Source: an uncultured Candidatus Saccharibacteria bacterium (GTDB taxonomy: Bacteria; Patescibacteriota; Minisyncoccia; Phycocordibacterales; DATDWN01). From it: 64,000 nt of DNA. Location: contig CAYRRP010000001.1 in the NCBI GenBank assembly GCA_964426735.1, forward strand, positions 75,923 to 139,922. Reading direction: 5' to 3'. Below the pieces are notes generated by a model. It worked only from the letters and a program-made list of their open reading frames with translations. It had not been told where the DNA came from and made no database searches. Position 1 is the first letter of the stretch, and each line of letters begins with the position of its first letter. The translations under genes and the position numbers were made by a program. Below, in pieces: positions 39,979 through 51,096 of this stretch.

Positions 39979-40194
39979 ATGAAAAAAACAGATTCAAAAA
40001 AGACGAATGATATCGGAGATATGCTCAAGAGACTCGGTGCGATTGTGTCCTGGTTTGAGTCTCAAAAAGAAATGGATGTAGAAAAAGCCCTTGAGCAAGT
40101 GAAAGAGGGTGTGATGCTGATTAAAGATTCAAAAGAACGTCTCAAGGAAATTGAAAATGAGTTTAAAGAAATTAAGAAGAGTATTGAAGATTAG
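39979..40194 (+). CDS. xseB: Exodeoxyribonuclease VII small subunit
   Basis: Size, coiled-coil pattern, position after xseA. Confidence 0.85.
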   Translation: MKKTDSKKTNDIGDMLKRLGAIVSWFESQKEMDVEKALEQVKEGVMLIKDSKERLKEIENEFKEIKKSIED

Positions 40195-40219
40195 GAAAAA
40201 AGAGGCCAAGCGGCCTCTT

Positions 40220-40387
40220 TTATTCTTCCAGATCGTCGTCGGGAAGAAAACAAATAGTGCATTCTCGAGTGAGTTTTTTCCCAGTAGGGTGATTTGGCGG
40301 TTCAAGTAGACGCTTCAGCGTGTATTGTTTACAAACAGTACAGTATTCGCTGGTTGAACCTCGAAAGATTGCAGATTCTACAGACAC
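40220..40387 (-). CDS. 55-aa Zn-ribbon small protein (below the ORF-track cutoff)
   Basis: GAGGAGG SD, GTG start, CTVC...CTIC; bidirectional terminator 40196-40221. Confidence 0.6.
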   Translation of the reverse strand: MSVESAIFRGSTSEYCTVCKQYTLKRLLEPPNHPTGKKLTRECTICFLPDDDLEE

Positions 40388-40416
40388 TGTAGATACCTCC
40401 TCTTAATAACCTATAC

Positions 40417-41463
40417 CTATCTCAACAATTCGTCAATTTTTGCTGCCACAATAAAGTCGTTGTCAGAGAGTCCTTTGATGGCATGTGTAGTGAGTACGAT
40501 CTTCACTTTATTGAAATCAAACAGGTGTAGATCTGGGTGGTGATTTTCAACATCTGCAATATGAGCCACTCTATTTACAAAGCGCATTGCCTCTCGAAAG
40601 TTTGTAAATTGTACAATCTTTTCAATATGCTTATCTTCAACAAGTACCCATTGATTGATTTGTTCAAGAAGGATCTCATTTTGTTCGTGGGTGAGTGGTG
40701 CAACACCTCCTTCGCACGGTACACATTCTTTTTGTGCAAGAGGATTCACTGGTTCGAAATGCTCGATAGGGATACCGTTGCGTACGGGAGCATTTTTAAT
40801 AATATCAATAATCTCATCCTCATTATCAGTAATAGTAAAGAGTGTTAGATCTTCTGGTTCAATAGTCTTTCTAAACAACAACTCTTTTTTCATTGTTTCA
40901 TACATTTCATCCCAGAATTCATGTCCCACAAGAATAATAGGTACTCGTTCGATTTTTTTTGTTTGGACAAGAGTTACTACTTCAAAAAATTCATCAAGTG
41001 TACCAAAACCTCCCGGGAAAAAGATATATGCTTCTGCTGCAAAAGAAAGACATACTTTACGGCTAAAGAAGTAATAAAAATCAAGATGTTTCGTAAGGTA
41101 AGGATTTACAATCTGTTCTCGAGGGAGTTGGATGGTAAGTCCGGCTGACTCTCCGCCAGCTTCAAATGCCCCTTTGTTTGCTCCTTCCATAATACCGGGT
41201 CCTCCACCAGTGACGATTGCGTAGTTGAGTTCTTTTGCAATACGAAATGCAAGTGCTTCGGCTTTTTTATAAAATATATTATCGGGACCAAGATTTACTC
41301 CGCCAAAAAAAGTCACTGACCGTGGAAGATCTTCAAGAAAACTAAAACCTTCTTTAAATTCTCGGCTAATTAAAGAAATGCGCTCGTGTGCAGCGGCATG
41401 CATTTCTTTTTTTGTTAATGTTTTGAATTCTGTTTTTTCGCGGATTATTTTTTTTTCACTCAT
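40417..41463 (-). CDS. LOG-family (TIGR00730-like) / pterin-4a-carbinolamine dehydratase fusion
   Basis: TGGGPGIM, PGGFGTLDE; CVPCEGG, NHHPD, LTTHAIKGLSDNDF. Confidence 0.85.
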   Translation of the reverse strand: MSEKKIIREKTEFKTLTKKEMHAAAHERISLISREFKEGFSFLEDLPRSVTFFGGVNLGPDNIFYKKAEALAFRIAKELNYAIVTGGGPGIMEGANKGAFEAGGESAGLTIQLPREQIVNPYLTKHLDFYYFFSRKVCLSFAAEAYIFFPGGFGTLDEFFEVVTLVQTKKIERVPIILVGHEFWDEMYETMKKELLFRKTIEPEDLTLFTITDNEDEIIDIIKNAPVRNGIPIEHFEPVNPLAQKECVPCEGGVAPLTHEQNEILLEQINQWVLVEDKHIEKIVQFTNFREAMRFVNRVAHIADVENHHPDLHLFDFNKVKIVLTTHAIKGLSDNDFIVAAKIDELLR

Positions 41464-41553
41464 AAGAGTATTGTACCTTGAGCAAGTCCATAAAGTCTAT
41501 AAAGTCAAAAGTCCATCAAGTCATGATGCATATGCATTTACTTTAGACTTTTT

Positions 41554-42267
41554 TTAAAGACCTAAAGAATTTAGAAAAGTTTCTCTTTCTTCGTTGACAA
41601 TTTCTCGATACTGTCCGGGTTTTGTATCATTAAGAAGAATATTTTGAACGCGCACTCGTTTGAGATCGATGACAGTGTAGCCGAGCTTTTCGGTCATGCG
41701 GCGGATTTGTCGGTTTTTACCTTCAGTCATGGTGATAGAGAAAGTTGCTTCTTTGATTTTCTTCATTTTGGTTGGTCGAGTGACATATGGTTCTTGTTTA
41801 CTGCCGATATCGACACCTTCTGCCATGTTACGCAAAAAACCAGGAGTGAACTTTTTGTTGACGGTCACCACATATTCTTTTTCGTGGTTTTTGTCGGGGT
41901 TCAAGAGTCGGTCAGTGATGCGCCCATCATTGGTGAGTATGATAAGTCCATATGAATCTTTGTCGAGACGTCCGACAGGGAATACTCGAGTGCGATAATG
42001 TACCGCGTCAACAATTTCTTGATCGTCTCCTTGTGCGTTTGAGCTCACCATTCCTTTTGGTTTGTTGTATGCAAGATATACATACTGGTTTGGTTTGCGT
42101 TTTTGACTCACAACCACTACATCTGCTTCGGTAACTTTGTCTCCAAGTGCCGCTTTTTTACCGTTTATAGTGACTAAGCCCTTGGTTATAATGTCGTCCG
42201 CTCCGCGTCGAGTAGCGTAACCTTTGTCAGCCAGATATTTATTGATACGAATAGTTTTTTGTTCCAT
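41554..42267 (-). CDS. rRNA pseudouridine synthase (RluF/RluB/RsuA family)
   Basis: S4 domain, GRLDKDS, EGKNRQIRRM. Confidence 0.9.
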   Translation of the reverse strand: MEQKTIRINKYLADKGYATRRGADDIITKGLVTINGKKAALGDKVTEADVVVVSQKRKPNQYVYLAYNKPKGMVSSNAQGDDQEIVDAVHYRTRVFPVGRLDKDSYGLIILTNDGRITDRLLNPDKNHEKEYVVTVNKKFTPGFLRNMAEGVDIGSKQEPYVTRPTKMKKIKEATFSITMTEGKNRQIRRMTEKLGYTVIDLKRVRVQNILLNDTKPGQYREIVNEERETFLNSLGL

Positions 42268-42319
42268 ATACTTCACTATAGCACTATATTTCAAATTTAA
42301 ATATGGTATGATGTTTGGT

Positions 42320-42775
42320 ATGAGAACACTAAAAAGAAACGAATGGATTGCTGTTTCAGTGTCTTTATTTGTAATCGGATTCTTTTTTCTCTTTGGAGAA
42401 AATATATTAAGTATTATAAATCGAAATGAGTCTTCTTATTCAAAAAATATGAATACATCAGAAATTATTATTGAAGATACAGTTGTTGGTACAGGACAGG
42501 AAGCATTGCCTGGTCGCCAGGTGACTGTGGAGTACACAGGAAAATTTACCAATGGAAAGGTGTTTGATACATCAGTGGGACGAGGACCTTTTTCATTTGT
42601 GTTAGGTGCGGGACAGGTGATACAGGGATGGGATAAAGGAGTGGTAGGTATGAAGGTGGGTGGCAAACGGATGCTCACTGTACCGCCTGAATATGGATAT
42701 GGGGCAAATGATTATGGTCCGATTCCAGGAGGATCAACACTTGTGTTTGAGGTTGAGTTGCTTGGAGTAGAATAA
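42320..42775 (+). CDS. FKBP-type peptidyl-prolyl isomerase
   Basis: VFDTS, VIQGWD, YGYG, TLVFEVEL; N-terminal TM. Confidence 0.95.
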   Translation: MRTLKRNEWIAVSVSLFVIGFFFLFGENILSIINRNESSYSKNMNTSEIIIEDTVVGTGQEALPGRQVTVEYTGKFTNGKVFDTSVGRGPFSFVLGAGQVIQGWDKGVVGMKVGGKRMLTVPPEYGYGANDYGPIPGGSTLVFEVELLGVE

Positions 42776-42828
42776 GACAAGTTGAAACCCGCTCTAGGCG
42801 GGTTTCTTGTTGAGAGGGGAACGATTTT

Positions 42829-43071
42829 TCAACCCCGCGTTCCAAGACGATACCCACCATTTTTCTTGGTTGCCTTTCCGAAGGGTTTGTTTGGAGGGGC
42901 AGTCTCTTCACTGATGGGTGGTTCGGTTTTGAGCTTACTCTTGAGGGAGATACCTACAGTAAATCCAATCAAGATGATAAGTGACATGGCACCCCAAAAA
43001 TCAAAAGCCATCTTAAGGGGATGGGTTGGATGGGGTGTTTTTGTTTGAGCAGAAATCGTAGCTTGGTGCAA
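42829..43071 (-). CDS. Small single-TM hypothetical protein (SD-led cassette)
   Basis: AGGAGG before TTG; shared terminator 42785-42805. Confidence 0.5.
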   Translation of the reverse strand: MHQATISAQTKTPHPTHPLKMAFDFWGAMSLIILIGFTVGISLKSKLKTEPPISEETAPPNKPFGKATKKNGGYRLGTRG

Positions 43072-43094
43072 GGAGCCTCCTGCTAAAAATCTAA

Positions 43095-44560
<1,466 letters not shown>

Positions 44561-44606
44561 AACTGAATGCTGTTGCAATTATTTTGAGATTGTTTTATTC
44601 TAAATT

Positions 44607-44826
44607 CAGGAGGTGTATATGCGAATTGATTTTCGCAAATGGAATGGTTCTTGAACGAAGGGAGGTGGTAAACCTACGGCACACCTCCTGTGTGCTGGCG
44701 GGTGAAATCCCGCAAAGATGAATATTGAGGAAAGGGGAAGGTGGAGGAGGTGAAATTGCTATCCCTGTAGCTTTTATCACCTCCTTTCACATCATTCTCG
44801 TAGACGGCATATGCCGTTTTTTCTTT
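44607..44826 (+). ncRNA. Candidate structured sRNA with SD/anti-SD motifs
   Basis: TTGCAA-17-TATTCT promoter, several hairpins, acggcatatgccgt-T6 terminator, only 11-aa ORFs. Confidence 0.55.
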
Positions 44827-44869
44827 TGCATGCTCTGTATTTAAATTGTTCACGTGGTATAGTAATCTC

Positions 44870-46993
44870 ATGTCAGAGGTCTTTAAACTTAAAAATGACT
44901 ATCTCCCTGCAGGAGACCAACCAAAAGCGATTGAATCGCTTGTTTCTGGTGTAAAAAAGGGTCTCAGACACCAGACCTTGGTGGGTGTTACAGGTTCAGG
45001 AAAGACTTTTACAGCGGCAAATGTGATTGCCCAAATCGGTAAACCGACTCTCGTAATCGCTCACAACAAAACTCTCGCCGCCCAGCTCGCCCAAGAGTAC
45101 CGAGAGTTTTTCCCAGACAATGCAGTGCATTATTTTGTATCCTACTACGACTACTATCAGCCAGAGGCCTACATGCCGACGACCGATACCTTTATTGAAA
45201 AAGAAGCGACAATCAATGAAGAGATTGAGCGTCTTCGACACGCATCGACCCAAGCACTCCTCACTCGTAAAGATGTGATTATCGTTGCGTCCGTATCGTG
45301 TATTTATGGTCTCGGAAGTCCCATTGAATACGAAAAAGTAAATATGAAGATAGAGCAAGGAATGAAAATCACTCGTGCGGACTTTATTCGTCGCCTTGTC
45401 GATATTCATTTTGAGCGTACTCCTGCTGACCTCACACCAGGAAGTTTTCGTGCGCTTGGTAACACGGTGGAGATCATGCCTGTGTCAGAAAAGATTGTCT
45501 TTCGTATTGAACTTTCACCAGATGGTATTACTGAAATATTAAAACTCGATCCAGTGACTCGTAGTGTACTTGAAACGGTACGTGTATTTTATCTTTTCCC
45601 CGCAAAGCACTTTATCAGTAGCAAAGAAGCGTCAGAAAAAGCATTTAAGACTATCAAAGCAGAGCTCGCATCTCAGCTCAAAAAATTTGAAAAAGAAGGA
45701 AAAGTTCTCGAAGCGGAGCGTATCAAGCGCCGCACCACTTATGACCTCGCCATGATCAAGGAAATGGGATACTGCAGTGGTATTGAAAACTATTCACGAC
45801 ACTTTTCAGGTAAACTTCCTGGAGAAGCTCCTGATACTCTCATTTCATATTTTCCACACAATGCGGATGGTACTCCAGACTTTTTGACGATTATCGATGA
45901 GTCACATGTGACCGTACCTCAGCTTGGTGGTATGTATGCCGGTGATGCGTCACGAAAAGAAACATTGGTAAACTTTGGTTTTCGTCTTCCGTCTGCAAAA
46001 GATAACCGCCCGCTTAAGTTTGAAGAATTTGAAAAAAGTGTAGGGCAAACTATATATACAACAGCAACACCGAGTGTGTATGAAAAGGAAAAGAGTCAAA
46101 ACATGGTTGAACAGGTGATTCGTCCGACAGGACTGACTGATCCGTTGGTTGAAGTACGACCGGTTATTGAAAGAGGAAAATATAAAGGACAGATTTTTGA
46201 TTTGATTGCAGAAGCAGAAAAAGAAATCAAAAAAGGTGGGCGCGTGATTGCAACCACGCTCACTAAAAAAATGGCAGAAGACCTGACTGAATTTCTGAAA
46301 GAGAAAAAAATAAAAGCAGAGTATATTCATAGTGATATTAAAACTATTCAGCGTATTGAAATCCTCACTGAGTTTCGTCGAGGAACATTTGATGTGATAG
46401 TGGGAGTAAACTTGCTTCGAGAAGGACTCGATCTTCCAGAGGTAACGTTGATTGGTATTTTGGATGCGGATAAAGAAGGTTTTCTTCGTTCTGAGACTGC
46501 ACTTGTGCAGATTATTGGGCGTGCAGCACGAAATGTGGAGGGGCGAGTGATTTTGTATGCAGACAACATGACCGGTTCTATGGAGCGAGCGATGGCAGAG
46601 ACTAAGCGTCGTCGAGATATTCAGATTGCATATAATACAAAACACGGTATTACTCCAAAAACAATCATTAAACAAATCAAAGATATTACCGATCAGTTGC
46701 AGTCAAAACACGACAAGACAGTACTTGGCATGATTGCGTTTGATCAGAAAATGATGGGAGGTGAAGCGAAACTCACACGCAAGGGAATTGAAAAATTGAT
46801 CAAACATAAAGAGCGTCAGATGCAGGCTTCGGTAAAGATACTCGACTTTGAAACTGCGGCACTCTTACGCGATGAGCTCAAAAAACTGATAGAAATGAAA
46901 GAGAGTAAAGCTGATATAGAAGTGAAAGCCGAAGATTTTAGTGTAGTGATCAAACCAGAGCTTGGAGTTCCTGGTAAAAAGAAAAAAGGCTAA
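44870..46993 (+). CDS. uvrB: Excinuclease ABC subunit B
   Basis: GVTGSGKT, YYDYYQPEAY, DESH, LLREGLD. Confidence 0.97.
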   Translation: MSEVFKLKNDYLPAGDQPKAIESLVSGVKKGLRHQTLVGVTGSGKTFTAANVIAQIGKPTLVIAHNKTLAAQLAQEYREFFPDNAVHYFVSYYDYYQPEAYMPTTDTFIEKEATINEEIERLRHASTQALLTRKDVIIVASVSCIYGLGSPIEYEKVNMKIEQGMKITRADFIRRLVDIHFERTPADLTPGSFRALGNTVEIMPVSEKIVFRIELSPDGITEILKLDPVTRSVLETVRVFYLFPAKHFISSKEASEKAFKTIKAELASQLKKFEKEGKVLEAERIKRRTTYDLAMIKEMGYCSGIENYSRHFSGKLPGEAPDTLISYFPHNADGTPDFLTIIDESHVTVPQLGGMYAGDASRKETLVNFGFRLPSAKDNRPLKFEEFEKSVGQTIYTTATPSVYEKEKSQNMVEQVIRPTGLTDPLVEVRPVIERGKYKGQIFDLIAEAEKEIKKGGRVIATTLTKKMAEDLTEFLKEKKIKAEYIHSDIKTIQRIEILTEFRRGTFDVIVGVNLLREGLDLPEVTLIGILDADKEGFLRSETALVQIIGRAARNVEGRVILYADNMTGSMERAMAETKRRRDIQIAYNTKHGITPKTIIKQIKDITDQLQSKHDKTVLGMIAFDQKMMGGEAKLTRKGIEKLIKHKERQMQASVKILDFETAALLRDELKKLIEMKESKADIEVKAEDFSVVIKPELGVPGKKKKG

Positions 46994-47131
46994 AACATTT
47001 TTTACTAAAAATGTTCACCCGACCAACTGTACTCATTTGGTTTAGGGGAAGAAAAAATAATAGATAGGCGCTTTCGGGCGCCTGTTGTTTTTTGTACAAA
47101 AATACGGCATAGTGTTTCAGGAGGAAAGGAA

Positions 47132-47629
47132 ATGCGATTTGTTGTATCATACCGATTTGTGAGACATGCGGATATCAAAAAGATGGGAAAAAGATATTTT
47201 AAACTCTTGCCCTTATGGGTTCAGAATGCGTTAAAACCTCAATCTGTGATAATAATCGCTCCTTCATCAGATGATGCGGAGCGTATCAAAAAAAGTGGAA
47301 GTATCCGGCATAACGAAAAAGTTTTCACGGTTGTATTTGGAAACGATATCAAAGGTGCATATGTGGAATTGTTTACACAGATAATCAAATGTTCTATTGA
47401 TATTGATCCTCAGCGACGCCAACTGTTTCATCGTTATGTGCAGAATTTATATGATCCATGTGGTTTTTTGCAGAAAAAAGATGTTGCTTCTGCACTTTAC
47501 ACGCATCTTACGTTGTATCTTTTGCGGAATGATGAATTCTTGAATCGAAACGAAGAGCGTCGCGTATTGTGTGAGGAGATTGTACGAGATATCAATGCTC
47601 TCGTGCTTCCGTACGGCGCCCTACAATAG
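47132..47629 (+). CDS. Hypothetical protein (SD-led cassette between uvrB and uvrA)
   Basis: AGGAGG SD, hairpins on both sides. Confidence 0.6.
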   Translation: MRFVVSYRFVRHADIKKMGKRYFKLLPLWVQNALKPQSVIIIAPSSDDAERIKKSGSIRHNEKVFTVVFGNDIKGAYVELFTQIIKCSIDIDPQRRQLFHRYVQNLYDPCGFLQKKDVASALYTHLTLYLLRNDEFLNRNEERRVLCEEIVRDINALVLPYGALQ

Positions 47630-47725
47630 GGCGCCGTTTTATGTACAAAACATTGATGTAATGGTATGATACATGGATTAATTTATACATACCCTAGAGC
47701 CCGTTTTGCGGGCCCGTTTACGTAT

Positions 47726-50425
47726 ATGAAAGACAAAAAAACACACAAACCAGAGGCTAAACCTACAGAAGTAGGTCGCCCGACTCCCGTGGAACGGGAG
47801 TTTAGGGATAAGATTATCGTGCGAGGTGCACGGACACACAATCTCAAAAATATAACCGTGGAAATGCCACGGGGTACGATGAACGTATTTACCGGACTCT
47901 CAGGGTCAGGTAAGTCATCTCTTGCATTTGATACGATTTTTGCAGAGGGTCAGCGTCGATACGTAGAGTCTCTTTCTTCATATGCACGTCAGTTTTTGCG
48001 TCAAATGCAAAAGCCAGATGTAGATGAGATTGTAGGACTTTCTCCTGCTATCTCGATCGATCAAAAGTCTCGCTCAAACAATCCTCGTTCGACCGTGGCT
48101 ACTATCACAGAAATCTACGACTATCTTCGTATCTTGTATTCACGTATTGGCCATCCACACTGTCTTGTGTGTGGTGATGAAATTAAAAAACTTTCAAATG
48201 AAGAGATTAAAAATTTTCTTTTAGAGAAAATTGCCCTTCAAAAGACAGCCTTCAAAAAAGTACGCACAGAGAAAAAAGTGCCGATGCCTATGTATGCAGA
48301 GATTTTCGCGCCGATTGTTCGAGGACGAAAAGGTGAATACTATCAGCTCCTCTATGACCTTCTTGGAAAGGGGTATTCTCATGTGCTCGTGGACGGCAAA
48401 CGATATGCGCTTCGTGAACGTATCGAACTTTCAAAAACAAAACGTCATGACATTGATGTGCTTGTGGACAGTATCAGTATCTTAGATTTTTTGGATAATG
48501 AAGCGGATGCACAAGAACGTCTCGCCGAGTCCCTCGAAAAAGCACTCGAAGAATCAGAGGGTTTGGTGAAGGTGCTTTTCCGTGATATGGGTCGCGAGCA
48601 AGATGAAAAGGATTATAAACCAGAAGAGGTTTTCATGTCCTCAAAACTTTCGTGTCCAAAAGATGGATACTCATATCCAGAAGTAGAGCCACGACTTTTT
48701 TCATTCAACTCTCCCTACGGTGCATGTCCAGAGTGTAACGGTCTTGGTACGCGACACTTTTTTGGTAATGAACAGTGTCCAAAATGTAACGGTGCACGAC
48801 TTCGAGAAGAAGCGCTTCATGTGCTTATTGGCAAGAAAAATATTGTCGATTTTGTGGCACTTTCAATCAAAGATGCAAATGAATTTCTTGAAACTCTCAA
48901 GCTTTCTGATCGAGAAAAAAATATCGCGAAAGTGGTACTTAAAGAAATCAAATCTCGCATTGATTTTATGGTAAATGTGGGTATTGAATATTTGTCGCTT
49001 GACCGTCGTGCACACACACTATCGGGTGGAGAAGCTCAGCGTATTAGACTCGCGTCTCAGCTCGGTTCTGGGCTTGTGGGGGCACTCTACGTGCTCGATG
49101 AGCCGACGATCGGTCTCCATTCTCGGGACAATGACCGCCTTATTCAGACATTACTCAACCTTCGTGATCTTGGAAACACCATCATTGTCGTGGAACATGA
49201 TGAGGATACTATTTTTGCATCAGATTATATTGTTGATATCGGACCGGGTGCAGGTGTGCATGGTGGAAATGTGGTGGTAGCAGGATATCTCGACGAGCTC
49301 GTCACTGCAAAGAAAAATACATCAGGATCTATTACACTCGATTATTTGCGTGGGGACAATTTTGTAGAAGTGCCAGAAAAAAGACGAGATACTCCAAAAG
49401 GTGAAATTCAAATCAGAGGAGGGAAAGTCTTTAATATTAAAAATCTTAATGTGGATATTCCACTTGGGAAGTTTGTGTCAGTGACCGGAGTGTCTGGTTC
49501 AGGGAAGTCTTCGTTTGTGTATGAGATTGTACATAAGAATCTCCTTGCTCGCCTTGAGCGAAAGTATCGAAGTGCAGAAACTTTCAATGCAAAGAGTTTT
49601 ACAGGAACCGAATATCTCGGACGAGCTATCTTGATCGACCAGAGTCCGATCGGCCGTACACCACGAAGTAATCCTGCAACATACACCGGTGCATGGACAT
49701 TTATCCGCGATCTTTTTGCTGAGACAGCAGAGGCACGAGCACGAGGATGGAAATCAAGTCGCTTTTCTTTCAATGTGAAAGGTGGACGATGTGAGACGTG
49801 TCAGGGAAATGGAGAGATTGAAGTAGAAATGCACTTTTTGCCTACTGTGTACGTACCATGTGATGTATGTAAAGGAAAACGCTTTATGAAAGAAACGCTT
49901 GATGTGAAGTACAAAAAGAAAAATGTGTATGATGTACTTGAAATGACTATAGAGGAGGCGCTTGCGTTTTATGAAGATATTCCTGCTATCTATGATCGCT
50001 TGAAGAGTTTGAGTGATGTAGGACTTGGATACCTCAAGCTCGGACAGTCTGCAACCACTCTCTCAGGAGGAGAGGCACAACGTGTGAAGATTTCTTCGGA
50101 GCTTTACCGTCCACACCTACAGAAAACAATATATCTTTTAGATGAGCCAACGATCGGTCTGCACTACGAAGACGTAAAAAAACTTATTGAGATTTTGCAA
50201 AAACTGGTAGATAAAGGAAATACAGTGGTGGTGATTGAGCACAATCTTGACCTGATCAAGTCATCAGACTATGTGATCGACATCGGTCCTGAAGGTGGAG
50301 CAGGCGGAGGAAATATTGTGGCAAAAGGAACTCCTGAAGAAGTAGCAAATGTTGAAAAGAGTTATACAGGGAAATATCTGGCAAAAGTGTTGAAGGATTA
50401 TAGAAATCGGAAGAATAGAGACTAG
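47726..50425 (+). CDS. uvrA: Excinuclease ABC subunit A
   Basis: [17 protein letters not shown], two LSGGEAQR, Zn fingers. Confidence 0.97.
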   Translation: MKDKKTHKPEAKPTEVGRPTPVEREFRDKIIVRGARTHNLKNITVEMPRGTMNVFTGLSGSGKSSLAFDTIFAEGQRRYVESLSSYARQFLRQMQKPDVDEIVGLSPAISIDQKSRSNNPRSTVATITEIYDYLRILYSRIGHPHCLVCGDEIKKLSNEEIKNFLLEKIALQKTAFKKVRTEKKVPMPMYAEIFAPIVRGRKGEYYQLLYDLLGKGYSHVLVDGKRYALRERIELSKTKRHDIDVLVDSISILDFLDNEADAQERLAESLEKALEESEGLVKVLFRDMGREQDEKDYKPEEVFMSSKLSCPKDGYSYPEVEPRLFSFNSPYGACPECNGLGTRHFFGNEQCPKCNGARLREEALHVLIGKKNIVDFVALSIKDANEFLETLKLSDREKNIAKVVLKEIKSRIDFMVNVGIEYLSLDRRAHTLSGGEAQRIRLASQLGSGLVGALYVLDEPTIGLHSRDNDRLIQTLLNLRDLGNTIIVVEHDEDTIFASDYIVDIGPGAGVHGGNVVVAGYLDELVTAKKNTSGSITLDYLRGDNFVEVPEKRRDTPKGEIQIRGGKVFNIKNLNVDIPLGKFVSVTGVSGSGKSSFVYEIVHKNLLARLERKYRSAETFNAKSFTGTEYLGRAILIDQSPIGRTPRSNPATYTGAWTFIRDLFAETAEARARGWKSSRFSFNVKGGRCETCQGNGEIEVEMHFLPTVYVPCDVCKGKRFMKETLDVKYKKKNVYDVLEMTIEEALAFYEDIPAIYDRLKSLSDVGLGYLKLGQSATTLSGGEAQRVKISSELYRPHLQKTIYLLDEPTIGLHYEDVKKLIEILQKLVDKGNTVVVIEHNLDLIKSSDYVIDIGPEGGAGGGNIVAKGTPEEVANVEKSYTGKYLAKVLKDYRNRKNRD

Positions 50426-50487
50426 AGGTTAGAAGTTAGAGATAAGAAAAAGCGGGCCCCACAGTGATGTGGTGCCCGCGTTTCGGG

Positions 50488-50787
50488 TTAGTTGTTTTTA
50501 TACCCAAGTATTACCTCGGATACGTATTTTGTTGCCGATGGGTACCGGGACTCGGCAGCCATCTTGCGAAATCTCCACAACTCATCCTCAGTTAGTCTTA
50601 CGGCTATCTGGTGGTTCCTAACCGCCTCCGGTTTGTCCGGATCTTTAATCCGGGTTTTCCTTTCCCCACAGACGAGTTTCCGGATGTACTCGGAGACCGT
50701 ACGGCACCCGACGTGAGGTAAAAGGGCCTTTATTTGAGCATGTTCTCTTGGTGTGGTACGTACACACACCATGTAGGTTCTGTTCAT
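50488..50787 (-). CDS. Tandem ribbon-helix-helix (MobC-like) protein
   Basis: Two repeats of VR(L/T)TxxE...S/TxY(I/V). Confidence 0.6.
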   Translation of the reverse strand: MNRTYMVCVRTTPREHAQIKALLPHVGCRTVSEYIRKLVCGERKTRIKDPDKPEAVRNHQIAVRLTEDELWRFRKMAAESRYPSATKYVSEVILGYKNN

Positions 50788-50832
50788 AGGTAACTCCTGA
50801 GTACTTTATACCACGCTATAAACTTAAGTCAA

Positions 50833-51060
50833 CTACCTCTGCCCAACGCCTTCTCTAAATCCTCGGATTCCTTCTAGAAGGTTTTTGTCCGATTCTGTGT
50901 GTTGTTTGACAAACCAGCGTGCTGTTAGATAACAACAAGCTCGACCTCCTCGAAACAAAGTCTCAAGGATTAGTGTTTCTATGGATCCATTGTTTTTACT
51001 AGCAAGAGTGGAGAGCATCTCCATTTGCTCGTCAGAAAGATTAAGCGTCACTTGTGGCAT
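50833..51060 (-). CDS. Small RHH-like hypothetical protein
   Basis: MPQVTLNLSDEQMEMLSTLA...SIETLI. Confidence 0.5.
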   Translation of the reverse strand: MPQVTLNLSDEQMEMLSTLASKNNGSIETLILETLFRGGRACCYLTARWFVKQHTESDKNLLEGIRGFREGVGQR

Positions 51061-51096
51061 TTGGCACCCTTCTTTTTTTAGAGTATAATACTTCCC

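Noticed and set aside
41483-41552. Short AAGTC(C/T)AT tandem repeats (also TAGA-type repeats at about 50420-50447)
   Set aside because: Degenerate 7-9-nt low-complexity repeats with no associated gene; too short to interpret
44696-44715. Cobalamin riboswitch (GGTGAAATCC)
   Set aside because: Only a T-loop-like hairpin; no AGGGAA or GCnACTG B12-box elements, and the downstream gene is uvrB with its own promoter
44838-44853. SOS box before uvrB
   Set aside because: Only the GTTCAC half-site is present
44595-44871. Minus-strand 61/65-aa ORFs
   Set aside because: Low-complexity products antisense to a unit with clear plus-strand promoter and terminator
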